From Candidatus Hydrogenedentota bacterium (GTDB taxonomy: Bacteria > Hydrogenedentota > Hydrogenedentia > Hydrogenedentales > SLHB01): a DNA stretch of 64,000 nt. Made by a program: the position numbers and the translations under genes. Positions 61,566 through 64,000 of this stretch are shown one piece after another. The notes under the pieces were generated by a model. The model saw only the letters and a program-made list of their open reading frames with translations. It did no database searches and was not told where the DNA came from. Numbering within the stretch: the first letter of the stretch is position 1; every line of letters starts with the position of its first letter. The DNA lies in assembly GCA_963668025.2 (NCBI GenBank), contig CAXXTH010000022.1, forward strand, positions 1-64,000, read 5' to 3'.

Positions 61566-63878
61566 ATGAAAAAAAGTATTGAGTATCTTCTTCTGGCGTG
61601 TTGTGTGGCGGTATTGGGAGCGTATGCCCATATGGCGGAGGCGGAGGCGGCGAAGACGCCCGAGTCCATTGAAAAGGCGAAAATTCAGACAGGGCTGAAT
61701 AAAATAGGAATCGGGGAAGGTTATGAGATTGTGGTCGCGGATGGCTGCGATATGGTCGAGAACACCGCCGCTCAGATGATGCAGCAGTTTCTGGCAAAGG
61801 CGTCCTTGAGTGCCGCCATCGTAACGGAATCTCAAGCCACAGCGGACAACAGGATTATCCTCGGGCAGGAGTCGAATCTCAAGGCCATTAAGGCGCTTGG
61901 GGACAAGGGAGATATCAACATCCGGAGTGTTTCACCGGAAAAAGATGGATTCCATTTAAAGAAGATTGGCCGCGATATTGTGGTCGCCGGGGCTAATCCA
62001 CGCGGAGTTCTCTACGGCGTTTATGCATTCGAGGATTTTATTCAACAAGGCCAAAAAGGCAAGCTAGACATCCAGAAGGTTCCTCAGTTTACGTCGCGAA
62101 TCGAATCATTATGCACGTATATCATGGCGAGCCATCCGGCGGCCTACCGCGATGATATAGAGAGAACGGTCAAATATCTTTCGCGATTAGGCGCCAATGG
62201 CCTCCTTGATGGAGGCGGCGGCTCATGGGAGCTGACGCGATTTGTCACCAGTGACATTTTCCCGTTCATACAAGCGCCTAGTTCCGATTTACAAAACCGG
62301 GTTTCCAAAATATCCGCCCTCTGTAAAAAATATGGCATTGATTATTACATCATGCTTTGGGAGCCGACGCTCGCCCGGGTGGGCGCGGAATTGGATAAGT
62401 ACCCGCCAGAAGCGCTTGGGAAAGTCAAACGGCCTTGGGGCGGGGATGAGAACAACCTGGACACCACCTTGTGCGCCTCCTCCCCCATCGTACAGGAACA
62501 CTTCAAAAACATCATGAAGAAATTCGTCCAGGGGTATCCAGATGTGAAAGGCGTTCTCTTTTACAATCTGGATGGGAATTCCTGGTTGTGTACGCCTGAA
62601 TTATGCCCGCGCTGTAAAACGATCTGCACGGACTCGCCTCCCAACACGGCACATCCCTGGGAGACGCAGGCGCTATTCACCGATCTATTGGCGAAAGCCG
62701 CGCATGACGAACGGAACGGCTTCATGTTCATCCACTGGATATCGCATTTCCATGGAGCAGCGGCTGAAAAGCTAATCCAAAACTCGAAGGAATATAGCGC
62801 GTTAGCGTATGGGGTGCAGAATGGCGATCACGATGCCATGATCCCTGATGCTATCAAGCCGGAAGATTCTGAATTCGCCATGTTACAGCAGGCATGCACG
62901 GAAAAGTCCGTTCCATTCTTCGCGATCTACTCCGCGAATGGCCACGAAGTGATTCCAAATGGTTTCCCATTTCCCTTTCATGTGAGCCGCACCCTGAAAA
63001 AGCTGAACGAATGGGGTGTCCGGTCTTGTATGGGCACCGGGCCAATTCCGTATTTCAACCAGGTAAACGCATTGGCGGAAAAAGAGTTGCGCTGGAATCC
63101 GGCGCGGAATGAGGAAGCATTGATTACGGAGCTATCCGTCCAGCAGTTCGGCAAGAAATCGGGAAAACTCATGTATCAGGCATGGGAGGAAATCAAAGAT
63201 GGAATGGACGTCTGGAACGACCTGCGCGTTAATCCGTTTTGCGGCAGCCAAACGCACGTAGGCATAGGGTTCTCGTATTTTACAAACACCTTTGCCATCC
63301 TCCCGAAAAGCGCGGATGACTTCGAGCATTCGCTCACCATCCTCACCAACGTGGAACCACACCGGGCCCCTGATTATCAGAAGTATCGTGAGCAAGTATT
63401 TCTGGATAAGTTTGAATTGATGGGAACCCATCTGTCGAAAGCTGCCGCGCTCGCCAAGCAAGCTGTTGAAAAAGCAGATCCAAATGAGCCTATCGGAATC
63501 CATTACTACGAACTCGAGTCTATTCCTACCATGAAGCAATACGCGGAGTTGAATTACGCGCCTATTGCTATCGCGGATACCTATTGCCAACTGCGCTGCA
63601 ACATGCTTCGCGCCTATCATTTATTACAGGATATGAAAACGGAGAAGGCCGCAGGAAATGATACCGCATCGCAGGAAAAGGAAAAACAGTATCATGAGCT
63701 GATTCGTGAAGACATTGCTGTCCGGCAGCATTATATCACGCTATTGAATGCCTTCGCCGAAATGCGTCCATGCCTGTTTCGTACCAGCTTGCCGGAAGAT
63801 GGGATCAAGGAGCAGATCACCTTCATGAACACGGAGATCGGGAAAATGGAGAGTTTTTTGAGCGAGATTAAGGAATAA
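61566..63878 (+). CDS. Secreted glycoside-hydrolase-like protein with GH67/GH20-type N-terminal domain
   Basis: Signal peptide; DGFHL...IVVAGANPRGVLYGVYAF; C-x4-CxxC (CTPELCPRC). Confidence 0.7.
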   Translation: MKKSIEYLLLACCVAVLGAYAHMAEAEAAKTPESIEKAKIQTGLNKIGIGEGYEIVVADGCDMVENTAAQMMQQFLAKASLSAAIVTESQATADNRIILGQESNLKAIKALGDKGDINIRSVSPEKDGFHLKKIGRDIVVAGANPRGVLYGVYAFEDFIQQGQKGKLDIQKVPQFTSRIESLCTYIMASHPAAYRDDIERTVKYLSRLGANGLLDGGGGSWELTRFVTSDIFPFIQAPSSDLQNRVSKISALCKKYGIDYYIMLWEPTLARVGAELDKYPPEALGKVKRPWGGDENNLDTTLCASSPIVQEHFKNIMKKFVQGYPDVKGVLFYNLDGNSWLCTPELCPRCKTICTDSPPNTAHPWETQALFTDLLAKAAHDERNGFMFIHWISHFHGAAAEKLIQNSKEYSALAYGVQNGDHDAMIPDAIKPEDSEFAMLQQACTEKSVPFFAIYSANGHEVIPNGFPFPFHVSRTLKKLNEWGVRSCMGTGPIPYFNQVNALAEKELRWNPARNEEALITELSVQQFGKKSGKLMYQAWEEIKDGMDVWNDLRVNPFCGSQTHVGIGFSYFTNTFAILPKSADDFEHSLTILTNVEPHRAPDYQKYREQVFLDKFELMGTHLSKAAALAKQAVEKADPNEPIGIHYYELESIPTMKQYAELNYAPIAIADTYCQLRCNMLRAYHLLQDMKTEKAAGNDTASQEKEKQYHELIREDIAVRQHYITLLNAFAEMRPCLFRTSLPEDGIKEQITFMNTEIGKMESFLSEIKE

Positions 63879-64000
63879 GTAAGCATAGCTGGAATAAACG
63901 ATACTCATTCACGGCCATACATCAACAAAGGGCAGGCTGCTCGAGCTGAGAAGAGGAAAAAATGGGATACAAAGAAATGCACAAACCTTGTGGGCTTCAT

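Noticed and set aside
1-64000. CRISPR arrays, tRNA/rRNA genes, prophage or recognisable defence systems
   Set aside because: No regularly spaced repeats, cloverleaf/rRNA signatures or phage/defence protein motifs were seen by eye; a covariance-model scan would be needed to exclude small RNAs

Overview
64 kb of GC-rich bacterial DNA. The likely source is a Candidatus Hydrogenedentes-type organism, inferred from the 'LREG(V/I)ERF(F/L)ITDINNPA...H-x10-DGH' prepilin-like proteins and an LPVAG-TM-RRR C-terminal tail. The window holds a few housekeeping genes (S41 protease, rph, rdgB, a cold-shock gene), an ECF sigma locus and many glycoside hydrolases and sugar transporters. Mobile-element traces include a complete IS with 17-bp IRs and a 5-bp TSD, an IS66 relic, a GTAG REP and a group IIC intron 5' fragment behind the cold-shock terminator. 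The most notable signal is at 7.3-10.3 kb: a tandem two-unit cassette in which a small TM/His-rich/CxxC leader ORF ending in 'CRIEYRRGPP' precedes a type IV prepilin-like DUF1559 gene. The leader resembles DUF2946/CruR/CutF RAPP-class arrest peptides. The codons right after RGPP are complementary to the downstream ribosome-binding region, suggesting metal- or secretion-sensing ribosome-stalling control of pilin-like proteins. About 11 apparent single-base insertions, mostly in homopolymers, break several genes and are most likely sequencing artefacts. No rRNA, tRNA or CRISPR array was seen.
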